From an uncultured candidatus Porisulfidus sp. (GTDB lineage Bacteria; Pseudomonadota; Gammaproteobacteria; Poriferisulfidales; Poriferisulfidaceae), in the NCBI GenBank assembly GCA_965214545.1, contig OZ243950.1, forward strand, positions 59,044 through 123,043: DNA of 64,000 nt, in the 5' to 3' direction. Under the pieces are notes generated by a model. It made no database searches. It saw nothing but the letters and a program-made list of their open reading frames with translations, and was not told the DNA's origin. Below are positions 7,744 to 16,119 of this stretch, one piece after another (position 1 is the stretch's first letter; every line of letters begins with the position of its first letter). The position numbers and the translations under genes were made by a program.

Positions 7744-10336
7744 CCGCCAAAGCGACGAGATCCGCCAGGCGTTCCTGGATTACTTCGCGGACCACGACCA
7801 CCCGGTCGTGCCGTCCAGTTCGCTGGTTCCGGCGAATGACCCGAGCCTGCTGTTCGCCAACGCCGGCATGGTGCAGTTCAAGGACGTGTTCCTCGGGCAC
7901 GAAACCCGCACGCCGCCCCGGGCAGCCAGCGCACAGCGCTGCGTCCGCGCCGGCGGGAAACACAATGACCTGGAGAACGTCGGTTATACCGCCCGGCATC
8001 ACACGTTCTTCGAGATGTTGGGGAATTTCAGTTTCGGCGATTATTTCAAGGAAGAGGCGATCCAGTACTGCTGGGAGTTTCTGACCGACACCCTGGCGCT
8101 GCCGCCGGACCGCCTGTGGGTTTCGGTGTACCGGGATGACGCCGAGGCCGAGAAAATCTGGCGCGACGGGGTCGGCGTGGAACCGGATCGGCTGGTCCGA
8201 CTCGGCGAAGAGGAGAATTTCTGGTCGATGGGCGACACCGGGCCGTGCGGCCCCTGCTCCGAGGTGTACTACGACCACGGGGAAGGGATTCCCGGAGGGC
8301 CGCCCGGACAGGACGACGACAGCGACCGTTTCGTGGAGATCTGGAACCTGGTGTTCATGCAATACCGGCGCGAAGCGGACGGCAGCATGGAGCCGCTGCC
8401 ACGCCCGTCGGTAGATACTGGCATGGGGCTGGAGCGCATCGCGGCCGTCATGCAGGGCGTGCATGACAACTACCAGACCGACCTGTTCAAGCCGCTGCGG
8501 CAGGCCGTGTCCGAGATGGTGGATGCAAAGACGCCACATCCGGCCTCGCTCAATGTGATCGCGGACCACATCCGGACCAGCGGATTTTTGATCATGGACG
8601 GCATGCTGCCGTCCAACGAGGGACGAGGCTACGTCTTGCGCCGGATTATCCGACGGGCTCTGCGCCATGGCAACAAGATCGGCCTGGCCGAGCCTTTCTT
8701 CCACCGCCTGGTCGGGCCGTTGGTCGACGTGATGGGGGCCGCCCATCCGGACCTGGCAGAAGCCCGGGGCCGTATCGAGGAGGCCTTGACCCAGGAGGAG
8801 GAGCGCTTCGCGTTGACGCTCCAGACCGGCTTGCGGGTGTTGGATGACGGGCTGGCCCAGCTTCCAGGCAAGACCATTCCCGGAGATCTTGCGTTCCTGC
8901 TGTACGACACGTACGGTTTCCCGATCGACCTGACCCAGGACATTGCCCGGGAGCGCGGCCTGACGGTCGATGTGAAAGATTACGAACGGCGCATGGACGA
9001 ACAGCGCGACCGGGCCCGGGATACCGCGCAGTTTTCGGTGGATTACTCGCAACTCAAGGATGTGGCGCAGGACGGCCGTTTCAGCGGTTACGAGCGGATG
9101 GTCCAGGACAGTTCGGTCGTCGCGCTCTACGCCGATGGGCAAAGCGTGCAAGCCGTGGAGGCGGGCACCGATGCGGTCGCCGTGCTGGAGGAGACCCCGT
9201 TTTATGCTGAATCGGGCGGGCAGGTCGGCGACACCGGCTGGCTGCGCGGCGAAAACAGCCGCTTCGAGGTCCGCGGCACGCAAAAACACGGGCAGGCCCA
9301 TTTGCACCTGGGCCGGTTGCGCGAAGGAAGCCTGAAGGTCGGCGATCCGGTGGCTGCGGAAGTGGACGCCGAGCGCCGTCAATCGATTGTGCTCAACCAT
9401 TCCGCGACACACCTGATGCACGCGGCCTTGCGCGAGATCCTCGGCGAGCACGTGATGCAGAAGGGTTCGCTGGTCGCCCCGGACCGGCTGCGCTTTGATT
9501 TCTCGCATCCGCAACCGGTGACGGCGGAGGAATTGCACCGGATTGAGGATAGGGTCAATGCCGCCGTTCGACGGAACTACGAGACGGAAGCGACGGTGAT
9601 GCCGTTTAGGGAAGCGATGGATGCGGGGGCGCTGGCATTTTTCGGTGACAAGTATGGCGATGAAGTGCGGGTGCTGCGGATGGGCGACTTCTCAATGGAG
9701 CTGTGCGGCGGCACGCATGTTTCGCGGACCGGGGACATCGGATTCTTCAGCATTGTCGGCGAGTCGGGCATCGCTTCCGGCGTGCGCCGGATCGAGGCGC
9801 TCACCGGGGCGGTGGCGCACCGCTCGGCCTGGGAGCAAAAGGAATTGTTGCGCGATACGGCCGAGATGATCCGGGCGGTGCCGGACAATTTCCGGGAGAA
9901 GCTTGAGCGCCTGGTCGACCAGAACCAGAGACTTGAGAAGGAGTTGGAACGACTCAAAAACCGTCAGGCGCACCAGGCCGGCGGCGACCTGGCGGAACAG
10001 GCGGTCGAGATCGAAGGCGTCAAGGTGCTGGGCGCCCGGGTGGACGCCGATGTCAAGTCGATGCGCAGCATGCTGGACCAACTCAAGGACAAGCTGGGCA
10101 GCGCGGTGGTCGTGCTGGCTTCGGTCAAGGACGAAAAAGTGACGCTGGTGGCCGGGGTGACCTCGGACCAGACCGAGCAGATCCAGGCCGGGGACCTGGT
10201 CAACGCCGTGGCCGGGCAGGTGGGCGGGAAAGGCGGAGGTCGCCCGGATATGGCGCAGGCCGGAGGGAACCGTCCGGAGGCGCTGGGGGCAGCACTGGAG
10301 TCGATTCCGGGATGGGTCCGCGAGCGGTTGCATTGA
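7736..10336 (+). CDS. alaS: Alanine--tRNA ligase
   Basis: ATG at 7736; DPSLLFANAGMVQFK, ARHHTFFEMLGNFSFGDYFK, editing HSATHL and ELCGGTH, GGGRPDMAQAGG. Confidence 0.98.
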   Translation: MTSRQSDEIRQAFLDYFADHDHPVVPSSSLVPANDPSLLFANAGMVQFKDVFLGHETRTPPRAASAQRCVRAGGKHNDLENVGYTARHHTFFEMLGNFSFGDYFKEEAIQYCWEFLTDTLALPPDRLWVSVYRDDAEAEKIWRDGVGVEPDRLVRLGEEENFWSMGDTGPCGPCSEVYYDHGEGIPGGPPGQDDDSDRFVEIWNLVFMQYRREADGSMEPLPRPSVDTGMGLERIAAVMQGVHDNYQTDLFKPLRQAVSEMVDAKTPHPASLNVIADHIRTSGFLIMDGMLPSNEGRGYVLRRIIRRALRHGNKIGLAEPFFHRLVGPLVDVMGAAHPDLAEARGRIEEALTQEEERFALTLQTGLRVLDDGLAQLPGKTIPGDLAFLLYDTYGFPIDLTQDIARERGLTVDVKDYERRMDEQRDRARDTAQFSVDYSQLKDVAQDGRFSGYERMVQDSSVVALYADGQSVQAVEAGTDAVAVLEETPFYAESGGQVGDTGWLRGENSRFEVRGTQKHGQAHLHLGRLREGSLKVGDPVAAEVDAERRQSIVLNHSATHLMHAALREILGEHVMQKGSLVAPDRLRFDFSHPQPVTAEELHRIEDRVNAAVRRNYETEATVMPFREAMDAGALAFFGDKYGDEVRVLRMGDFSMELCGGTHVSRTGDIGFFSIVGESGIASGVRRIEALTGAVAHRSAWEQKELLRDTAEMIRAVPDNFREKLERLVDQNQRLEKELERLKNRQAHQAGGDLAEQAVEIEGVKVLGARVDADVKSMRSMLDQLKDKLGSAVVVLASVKDEKVTLVAGVTSDQTEQIQAGDLVNAVAGQVGGKGGGRPDMAQAGGNRPEALGAALESIPGWVRERLH

Positions 10337-10337
10337 C

Positions 10338-11558
10338 ATGAGTCTGTGGGTCCAGAAGTACGGCGGGACCTCGGTGGCCAGCACCGAGAAAATCCTGGCG
10401 ATCGCCGAACGGCTACAAGGGCAGAAGGCTCAGGGGCACCGCCTGGTGGTGGTGCTGTCCGCGATGGGCGGGGAGACCGACCACCTGATGTCGCTCGCGC
10501 GGCAGGTCAGTGCGCAGCCGGCGGGTGCCGCATTGGATTTGCTGCTGTCCTCCGGCGAACGGGTCAGTATCGCGTTGCTGGCACTGGCGTTGCAGGCACT
10601 CGGGTGCCCGGCCGTGGCGCTGACCGGGCGGCAGGCCGGCATCCTGACGGAAGGGCAGGCCAACAAGGCTCGGATCAAAGATATTGACGGCAGCCGCCTG
10701 AACGGCCTGCTCGATGAGGGGCAGGTGGCGGTGGTGGCCGGATTCCAAGGCATGGACGAATCCGGGCGGGTCACAACCCTGGGGCGGGGCGGGTCGGACA
10801 CGACCGCGGTGGCGCTGGCGGCCTCGCTGGGTGCGGACGAATGCCACATTTACACCGACGTCGAAGGAGTGTATACGGCGGATCCCCGGCTCGTGCCGGA
10901 GGCGCGCAGACTGGGGCATCTCACCTACGAGGAAATGCTGGAGATGTCTGGGCTGGGCTCCCGGGTACTGCAATTGCGCTCAGTGTTGTTCGCGGAAAAG
11001 TACAATGTTCCGCTACGGGTTCTTTCCGCGTTCGGGCCGGGCCCCGGAACGCTGATCTCTGAGGAGGCTGAAAACATGGAACAGGCCACTATCGCGGGTA
11101 TCGCGCACAACCGCGACGAGGCGCAGTTGACCATCTCCGGCGTGCCAGACACGCCGGGCGTTGCGGCACGCATCCTGGGGCCGATCGCCGAGGCCCAGAT
11201 CGAAGTGGATATGATCGTGCAGAACGTCGGGCAGGACGGCACGGCCGATTTCACTTTCACGGTACACCGGAATGACTACGCCAAGGCCCTGGAGATCCTG
11301 GAGCAAATCGGCAGCGAACTCGGCGCGCGGGAGGCCTGCGGCAAACGGGACATCGTCAAGGTGTCGCTGGTCGGAGTCGGGATGCGCTCGCATGCGGGGA
11401 TCGCAAGCCGTATGTTCCGGGCTTTGGCCGACGCGGGCGTGAACATTTCCATGATCGCCACTTCGGAGATCAAGATCTCGGTGGTGATTGAGGAGGCGTT
11501 GCTTGAGACCTGTGTGCAGGTGTTGCACAAGGAGTTCGAATTGGCGGGAACGGAATAG
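10338..11558 (+). CDS. lysC: Aspartate kinase (alpha subunit; in-frame beta subunit likely from 11076)
   Basis: VQKYGGTSV, TTLGRGGSDTTAVALA, YTDVEGVYTADP, two ACT domains, TSEIKIS. Confidence 0.96.
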   Translation: MSLWVQKYGGTSVASTEKILAIAERLQGQKAQGHRLVVVLSAMGGETDHLMSLARQVSAQPAGAALDLLLSSGERVSIALLALALQALGCPAVALTGRQAGILTEGQANKARIKDIDGSRLNGLLDEGQVAVVAGFQGMDESGRVTTLGRGGSDTTAVALAASLGADECHIYTDVEGVYTADPRLVPEARRLGHLTYEEMLEMSGLGSRVLQLRSVLFAEKYNVPLRVLSAFGPGPGTLISEEAENMEQATIAGIAHNRDEAQLTISGVPDTPGVAARILGPIAEAQIEVDMIVQNVGQDGTADFTFTVHRNDYAKALEILEQIGSELGAREACGKRDIVKVSLVGVGMRSHAGIASRMFRALADAGVNISMIATSEIKISVVIEEALLETCVQVLHKEFELAGTE

Positions 11559-11611
11559 TGATACACTGATTGTCCGTTTGTGCCTGGGTCGAATGCTCGG
11601 GATGCGAAGGA

Positions 11612-11809
11612 ATGCTGATTCTGACGCGAAAAATTGGAGAATCCCTGATTATCGATGACCAGGTCACGGTGACGGTCATGGGTATGAAGGGAAATCAGGT
11701 GCGGCTCGGCATTGATGCGCCGAGGACTGTGCGTATCTACCGTGAAGAAATTTTCCCGCGTGATGAGAGCGGCAAGGCGCGCAGGCCCGTGAGAGACGCA
11801 GACCGTTAG
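11612..11809 (+). CDS. csrA: Carbon storage regulator CsrA/RsmA
   Basis: [14 protein letters not shown]...[15 protein letters not shown]; conserved alaS-lysC-csrA-tRNA-Ser context. Confidence 0.95.
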   Translation: MLILTRKIGESLIIDDQVTVTVMGMKGNQVRLGIDAPRTVRIYREEIFPRDESGKARRPVRDADR

Positions 11810-11811
11810 TC

Positions 11812-11902
11812 GGAGAGGTGGCTGAGTGGCTGAAAGCGCTCCCCTGCTAAGGGAGTATGGGCTAATACCCCATCGAGGGTTCGAATCCCTCCCTCTCCGC
11901 CA
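11812..11902 (+). tRNA. tRNA-Ser(GCT)
   Basis: Acceptor GGAGAGG/CCTCTCC, anticodon arm CTCCC-CTGCTAA-GGGAG, long variable arm, GGTTCGAATCC, encoded CCA. Confidence 0.97.
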
Positions 11903-11906
11903 ATAA

Positions 11907-12174
11907 TCAAAGAGTTAAGCCAGGGCGCAACTGTCAAGGAATCCTTGACAGTTCGATCCGAAGGGAAACGCGAGGTTAAACGCAAGTTTCAGATCACAAC
12001 CTCGACCTCATTCTCGCTATCGGCTACAGGGTGCGGTCTCCACGGGGAACACAACTCCGTCAGTGGGCGACGACCCACCTCAAGGAATACATCGTTAAAG
12101 GATTCATCATGGACGGCGAGCGTCTCAAGCCTCTCGGAGGCTGGGACTATTTTGACGAGCTACTTGCCCGCATC
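11907..12174 (+). pseudogene. RhuM-family (virulence protein/DNA-binding) gene fragment with frameshift
   Basis: Two frames join into ELSQGATVKESLTVRSEGKREVKRKFQI / NLDLILAIGYRVRSPRGTQLRQWATTHLKEYIVKGFIMDGERLK..DYFDELLARI; frameshift near 11995; lacks start and C-terminus. Confidence 0.75.
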
Positions 12175-12808
12175 AGTTTTTATTCAAGTTCTCGATCTGG
12201 GATCGGTACATCTTCTGTGCCCAGCCGGGTATGGGGTCCGCTAGTTTGGTGATTTTGCCCTTGACCATGGTCATAACGAACCGGTAGATCACGCCTGAGT
12301 GGCCGGATTGTTGAGAGTTATCCCAAACATAGGTGCGGTCGGCGGCCATGCTCGCTTTCTGGATGTTGCCCACGGTGCGACCGTAACGGGAGAGGACTGT
12401 GCCCTTGTGTACGTCGTGGCCGCCGGAGCCGACTCGATCTCGAACTCGTTTGTAAGCCAGTTCCGCGGAACTCACATGGACATGGTTCAGCATGACTTCG
12501 AATCCGGCTTGTTGGGCATCTTCAACGAGTTGGTTTTTCGACTCATGGGAGAAAACCGTTTCAGTGATGAAAGACTGCCTCGCCTTTAAGTACTGACCAC
12601 GAATTTCAGCGGCCAGCTTGCCCATTTCGAGGCTGTGTTTTCCGGCTTCGTTGGGAAACTTGGCTTCCTCCATTTCGTCCGCATTGACGAATGGATACTT
12701 CCGCCCGGACTGATCAAGGAGGGGTTTGATCTGTTCGTAGTAGAACGTGGTTTTCCCCGCACCATTGATGCCGCAAATGAGTATTAATACGGGCTTCTCG
12801 GCAGCCAT
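12173..12808 (-). CDS. Zeta-toxin-like P-loop kinase/ATPase
   Basis: Walker A GINGAGKTT, FVNAD, SFITETVFSH, RVRDRVGSGGHDV, WDNS. Confidence 0.8.
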   Translation of the reverse strand: MAAEKPVLILICGINGAGKTTFYYEQIKPLLDQSGRKYPFVNADEMEEAKFPNEAGKHSLEMGKLAAEIRGQYLKARQSFITETVFSHESKNQLVEDAQQAGFEVMLNHVHVSSAELAYKRVRDRVGSGGHDVHKGTVLSRYGRTVGNIQKASMAADRTYVWDNSQQSGHSGVIYRFVMTMVKGKITKLADPIPGWAQKMYRSQIENLNKN

Positions 12809-12875
12809 ATTTATCTAGTGGCCATCCTGAACGAGCGACGGCCACGACCCAGCCGAAGGGATATGCCCGGAAAGA

Positions 12876-13229
12876 TCATGATTGGCTCAAGACGTTGCCG
12901 TCCATATCGCAGCGAGAGCCATCGGCCAATACACCGATAATCTTGCCGTCTTCTTCACCCCAGCTAATGCGGCCAGCGGCGGAGAATTCTTTCGCGCGTT
13001 GAATTGCGGTCTCGGTGGCAATTCCAGCTTCGGCATTTTTGGCGAGAGAATCCATGACGTTGCCGAGGAATTCCCGGTCGGCAAGTTCAGCCGGGTTTGC
13101 TCGAAACGCAGCGTCGATCAAAACGGCCAGCTGGCCAGGCTGGCTACGTTTCTCGCGATCCGCAAGCATACGAAGTTTGGCAAGAGAATCGCGGTCAATT
13201 TTGGTTGTCGTCATGTTGGTTGCAGGCAT
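12876..13229 (-). CDS. Putative ribbon-helix-helix (ParD-like) antitoxin
   Basis: AGGAG RBS 8 nt upstream; N-terminal TTKIDRDSLAKLRMLADREKRSQPGQL fits an RHH pattern; directly upstream of the zeta-like gene. Confidence 0.55.
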   Translation of the reverse strand: MPATNMTTTKIDRDSLAKLRMLADREKRSQPGQLAVLIDAAFRANPAELADREFLGNVMDSLAKNAEAGIATETAIQRAKEFSAAGRISWGEEDGKIIGVLADGSRCDMDGNVLSQS

Positions 13230-13332
13230 AACGAAATCTCCTGTAGTGATTTAGACCTTGTTGAGCAGTATACCAAAGGTAGACGATAAAGTATACGAAA
13301 GGTAACCCCAAAGGCTCGGGAAGATTGTGCGT

Positions 13333-13362
13333 TTGAATAATGCATAGCGTATACGCTATACT
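13333..13362 (+). promoter_or_regulatory. Sigma70 promoter with overlapping 16 bp palindromic operator of the higBA-like module
   Basis: TTGAAT (13333-38), 18 nt spacer, TATACT (13357-62); perfect palindrome ATAGCGTATACGCTAT at 13344-13359; ATG at 13369 sits at the expected start site (leaderless). Confidence 0.65.
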
Positions 13363-13368
13363 ACTGCA

Positions 13369-13509
13369 ATGGCATGGACAGTTGAAACCGTTTCAGCCGT
13401 CGATGCTGAAATCAGGGCGCTTCCGGTCGCATTGTGCGCCCGGCTGATTCGGTTGCTGGAGACCGTGGAGAACGTTGGGCTGGAGGCACTTCGCGCACCC
13501 CATGTCAGA
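13369..13509 (+). pseudogene. HigB/RelE (Gp49-type) toxin, N-terminal fragment
   Basis: MAWTVETVSAVDAEIRALPVALCARLIRLLETVENVGLEALRAPHVR is a typical Gp49-like N-terminus; similarity stops at 13509. Confidence 0.75.
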
Positions 13510-13567
13510 AATTTTTCACATAGGAACACACTACTGATGGGAACAGATAAACTATTGGAGATTTTGA

Positions 13568-14485
13568 GTGGAACAAGTATCTGAAATATTGAGACTTTTC
13601 AATCTGATGCGGACCTGTCCGGGAGAGACGGAAGCGATTGCGCATCTTGAGCGCATCTGGTGGGGAGACAGTCCGTGCTGTTCCCGTTGCGGTGCGACCG
13701 ACCAACTGACAAAGCAGAAGAAGCCCGGACGCTTCTGGTGCGGGTGTTGTCGCCAGTATTTCAATGCGCGGACGGACACCCCTCTTGAGTATGGTAAAGT
13801 CCCTATTCACAAGCGGATTGATGCCGCTTGTCTGTTAATGACTTCCCGCAAGGGCATTTCCGCAATGCAGCTGCCCAAAGAACTGGACATTAGTTATCCA
13901 ACTTCATGGAACTTGCTTCATCGTCTCCGCGTAGCCTGTGGCGATCAGATGGAAGCACTGCACGGCAATGTAGAGATTGACGAGGTTTATCTCGGCGGCA
14001 AGGAAGCAAACAAACACGAACATAAGAAATTGAAAGCCGGACGCGGAACTGTCGGCAAACAGGCCGTGCTAAGCATGAGGGAACGGGGCGGTAAGGTTAA
14101 GGCCATGCCTGTTCCCGATACCAGCAAGCCGACAATTCAATCTATCGTCCGTCAGGATGTCCGGCCTGGCTCTACTTTCTACACCGATGGAGAAAGGCGC
14201 TACGAGGGGATTGCAAACAGGTACCGGACGGTCAACCATTCCGCAAAGGAATATGTCAATGGCATGGCGCATACCAACGGAATTGAAAATGTGCGGGTGG
14301 TACTCAAGCGGGGATTCAACGGCATCTGCCATCATTGGGCGAAGAAGTATTGCCGGGACTATGTTAATGAATTTGCCGTTCGGCTGAATGAGGGGGATTA
14401 CGAAAGGGATACACAGGACCAACTGGATGACCTGTCTCGGGGAATGGTCGGGAAAACTGTTAACCATGAGGAGTTGGTGGCATGA
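13568..14485 (+). CDS. IS1595-family transposase
   Basis: GTG with GGAG RBS; Zn ribbon CSRC...CGCC, RKGISAMQL, VEIDEVYLGG, YTD, TVNHS..YV, HTNGIE, YVNEF..RLN; several non-consensus residues suggest decay. Confidence 0.9.
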   Translation: MEQVSEILRLFNLMRTCPGETEAIAHLERIWWGDSPCCSRCGATDQLTKQKKPGRFWCGCCRQYFNARTDTPLEYGKVPIHKRIDAACLLMTSRKGISAMQLPKELDISYPTSWNLLHRLRVACGDQMEALHGNVEIDEVYLGGKEANKHEHKKLKAGRGTVGKQAVLSMRERGGKVKAMPVPDTSKPTIQSIVRQDVRPGSTFYTDGERRYEGIANRYRTVNHSAKEYVNGMAHTNGIENVRVVLKRGFNGICHHWAKKYCRDYVNEFAVRLNEGDYERDTQDQLDDLSRGMVGKTVNHEELVA

Positions 14486-15333
14486 TTCTGCAAGGCGATT
14501 TTCTGCAAGTCTCCAAATCGTTGGAAGGAAAATTTGATTTGGTAATTGCCGACCCGCCCTACAATATTGGCAAAGACTTTGGCAATGATTCTGACCGGCA
14601 GGATTTAGAAGCATACCTTGAATGGACGGATAAGTGGTTGCAGGTGTGCATGGAGAACCTTGCTGAAACCGGAGTTATGTACGTGTACGGCTTCCCTGAA
14701 ATTCTGGCGCGTGTAGCTGTCAGGCATCCGATAGAGAGGCAACGCTGGTTGGTTTGGCACTACACGAATAAGACAGTACCGGGGTCTAAATTCTGGCAAC
14801 GAAGCCATGAAAGTATTTTGTGTTTATGGAAAGGCCGTCGACCGAATCTTGAAATTGACCAGATACGCGAAGAATACACGGAACACTATCAAAAGTGTAT
14901 TGGCAAGCCTAGACGCGAGACTAAATGCCGATACAACCGCAACGGAAAAGGAAGTATTTACAACGGCCATGAAAATGGAGCTTTACCCAGAGATGTTTTA
15001 AAAGTTCCTGCACTGGCTGGAGGTGCGGGGCGGAGTGAACGATGGTTTGTTTGCCGGAGTTGCAAAAATAGAATTTACCCGCCCCGCTACCTTGCCGAAC
15101 ACGATGGGCATGACATTCTTAAGCACCCGACCCAGAAGCCAATGGCCTTGACGCATCGACTTATCCGTTCGCGCATCAATGGCACCGGCGGGCGAGTGCT
15201 AATCCCGTTTGCAGGTTCTGGATCAGAATGCGTAGTTGCGCAGAATCTAGGATTAGACTTTGTAGGTGTGGAACTGAACAAAGAATACGCCCGTTTCGCC
15301 AAAAAGTGGTTAGCCCACAAGGAAAATTTCTGA
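14482..15333 (+). CDS. Site-specific DNA methyltransferase (N6-adenine/N4-cytosine, beta class)
   Basis: N-terminal DLVIADPPY, C-terminal HPTQKP and VLIPFAGSGS..GVELN; ATGA overlap with transposase stop. Confidence 0.92.
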   Translation: MILQGDFLQVSKSLEGKFDLVIADPPYNIGKDFGNDSDRQDLEAYLEWTDKWLQVCMENLAETGVMYVYGFPEILARVAVRHPIERQRWLVWHYTNKTVPGSKFWQRSHESILCLWKGRRPNLEIDQIREEYTEHYQKCIGKPRRETKCRYNRNGKGSIYNGHENGALPRDVLKVPALAGGAGRSERWFVCRSCKNRIYPPRYLAEHDGHDILKHPTQKPMALTHRLIRSRINGTGGRVLIPFAGSGSECVVAQNLGLDFVGVELNKEYARFAKKWLAHKENF

Positions 15334-15926
15334 TGTATCGATTGACGGCCCGAATGCTCCAACGGTTTCAGCGATCCTTGCTCCAATACCATGACCTGTT
15401 TTCCGGTGGCAGGTGTCAAGGATGGGAGCAGGAAGAATTAATTGTGAATGCAATCAAGTCTGACACTGCCGCCCATCATCATGTAATTTGGAAAGAGGGA
15501 GGCCATGATAGCAGAGCCGACATACGGGTTAGGACTAATGGCGATATTCATACCATCCAAATCAAATCGGGAAAAATAGATAGCAAAGACAATTTAGTAT
15601 TGTCAGGCTATCGGATGGGAACTTACAAGAACGATTGGCCAGCGATTACTGAATATCTAAAATCAAAAGACGCAAATATCCTGTCCGTAGCATATGAGCA
15701 AGTCAATGACGAGAGAGGCCGTAAGCATATTTATCAGGTTTCGTATGTAGCGGCCGATTTGCTGAAAAACATATCGGCCAACGCATGGGTGAAAGTGGGC
15801 GCACAGTATCGGCAAACCAACGAGCAAGGGATAGAATTCTCTGTGTGTCCGTCGATGAGTTGGCAAATTTGGTGGAAAATCCCATTGGAACTAGTGGCAC
15901 AGGAAGAGCCTTTCAATGTCCGATGA
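15333..15926 (+). CDS. Putative PD-(D/E)XK restriction endonuclease
   Basis: TGATG overlap with MTase stop; E..(EELI)...AD(I)...IQIKS pattern consistent with a PD-QxK nuclease core; 197 aa. Confidence 0.55.
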   Translation: MYRLTARMLQRFQRSLLQYHDLFSGGRCQGWEQEELIVNAIKSDTAAHHHVIWKEGGHDSRADIRVRTNGDIHTIQIKSGKIDSKDNLVLSGYRMGTYKNDWPAITEYLKSKDANILSVAYEQVNDERGRKHIYQVSYVAADLLKNISANAWVKVGAQYRQTNEQGIEFSVCPSMSWQIWWKIPLELVAQEEPFNVR

Positions 15927-16081
15927 ATGCCAAACTGGATAAGATGATGTGGGCATTGCTTCGGCTCTCTGCTCCGCCCCGTGTGCGTCCGCCAACTCCT
16001 ACCAAAGAGGACTTAGAACGGAAATTCCGAATCAGGGTTGACCGGAAAGGAAAGCCGCGCATGGAAGAAGTGTGGATCTAA
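15923..16081 (+). CDS. Small basic hypothetical protein (52 aa) at IS1595 right end
   Basis: ATGA overlap; MNAKLDKMMWALLRLSAPPRVRPPTPTKEDLERKFRIRVDRKGKPRMEEVWI. Confidence 0.5.
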   Translation: MNAKLDKMMWALLRLSAPPRVRPPTPTKEDLERKFRIRVDRKGKPRMEEVWI

Positions 16082-16119
16082 TTCCTGTCAACTCTCTTTT
16101 ATAACTCCCTTTGTAAAGA

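Larger units (their letters stand above)
13510..16109 (+). mobile_element. IS1595-family element carrying passenger genes (methyltransferase, putative endonuclease, small ORF); left end not recognisable
   Basis: Transposase followed by three overlapping ORFs; lower GC; bounded by toxin fragments; candidate right end ...TTTTATAACTCCC at 16109. Confidence 0.6.

Noticed and set aside
13500-13567. Left inverted repeat of the IS1595 element
   Set aside because: No complement of the candidate right end (GGGAGTTATAAAAG...) is seen, so the left boundary stays uncertain.
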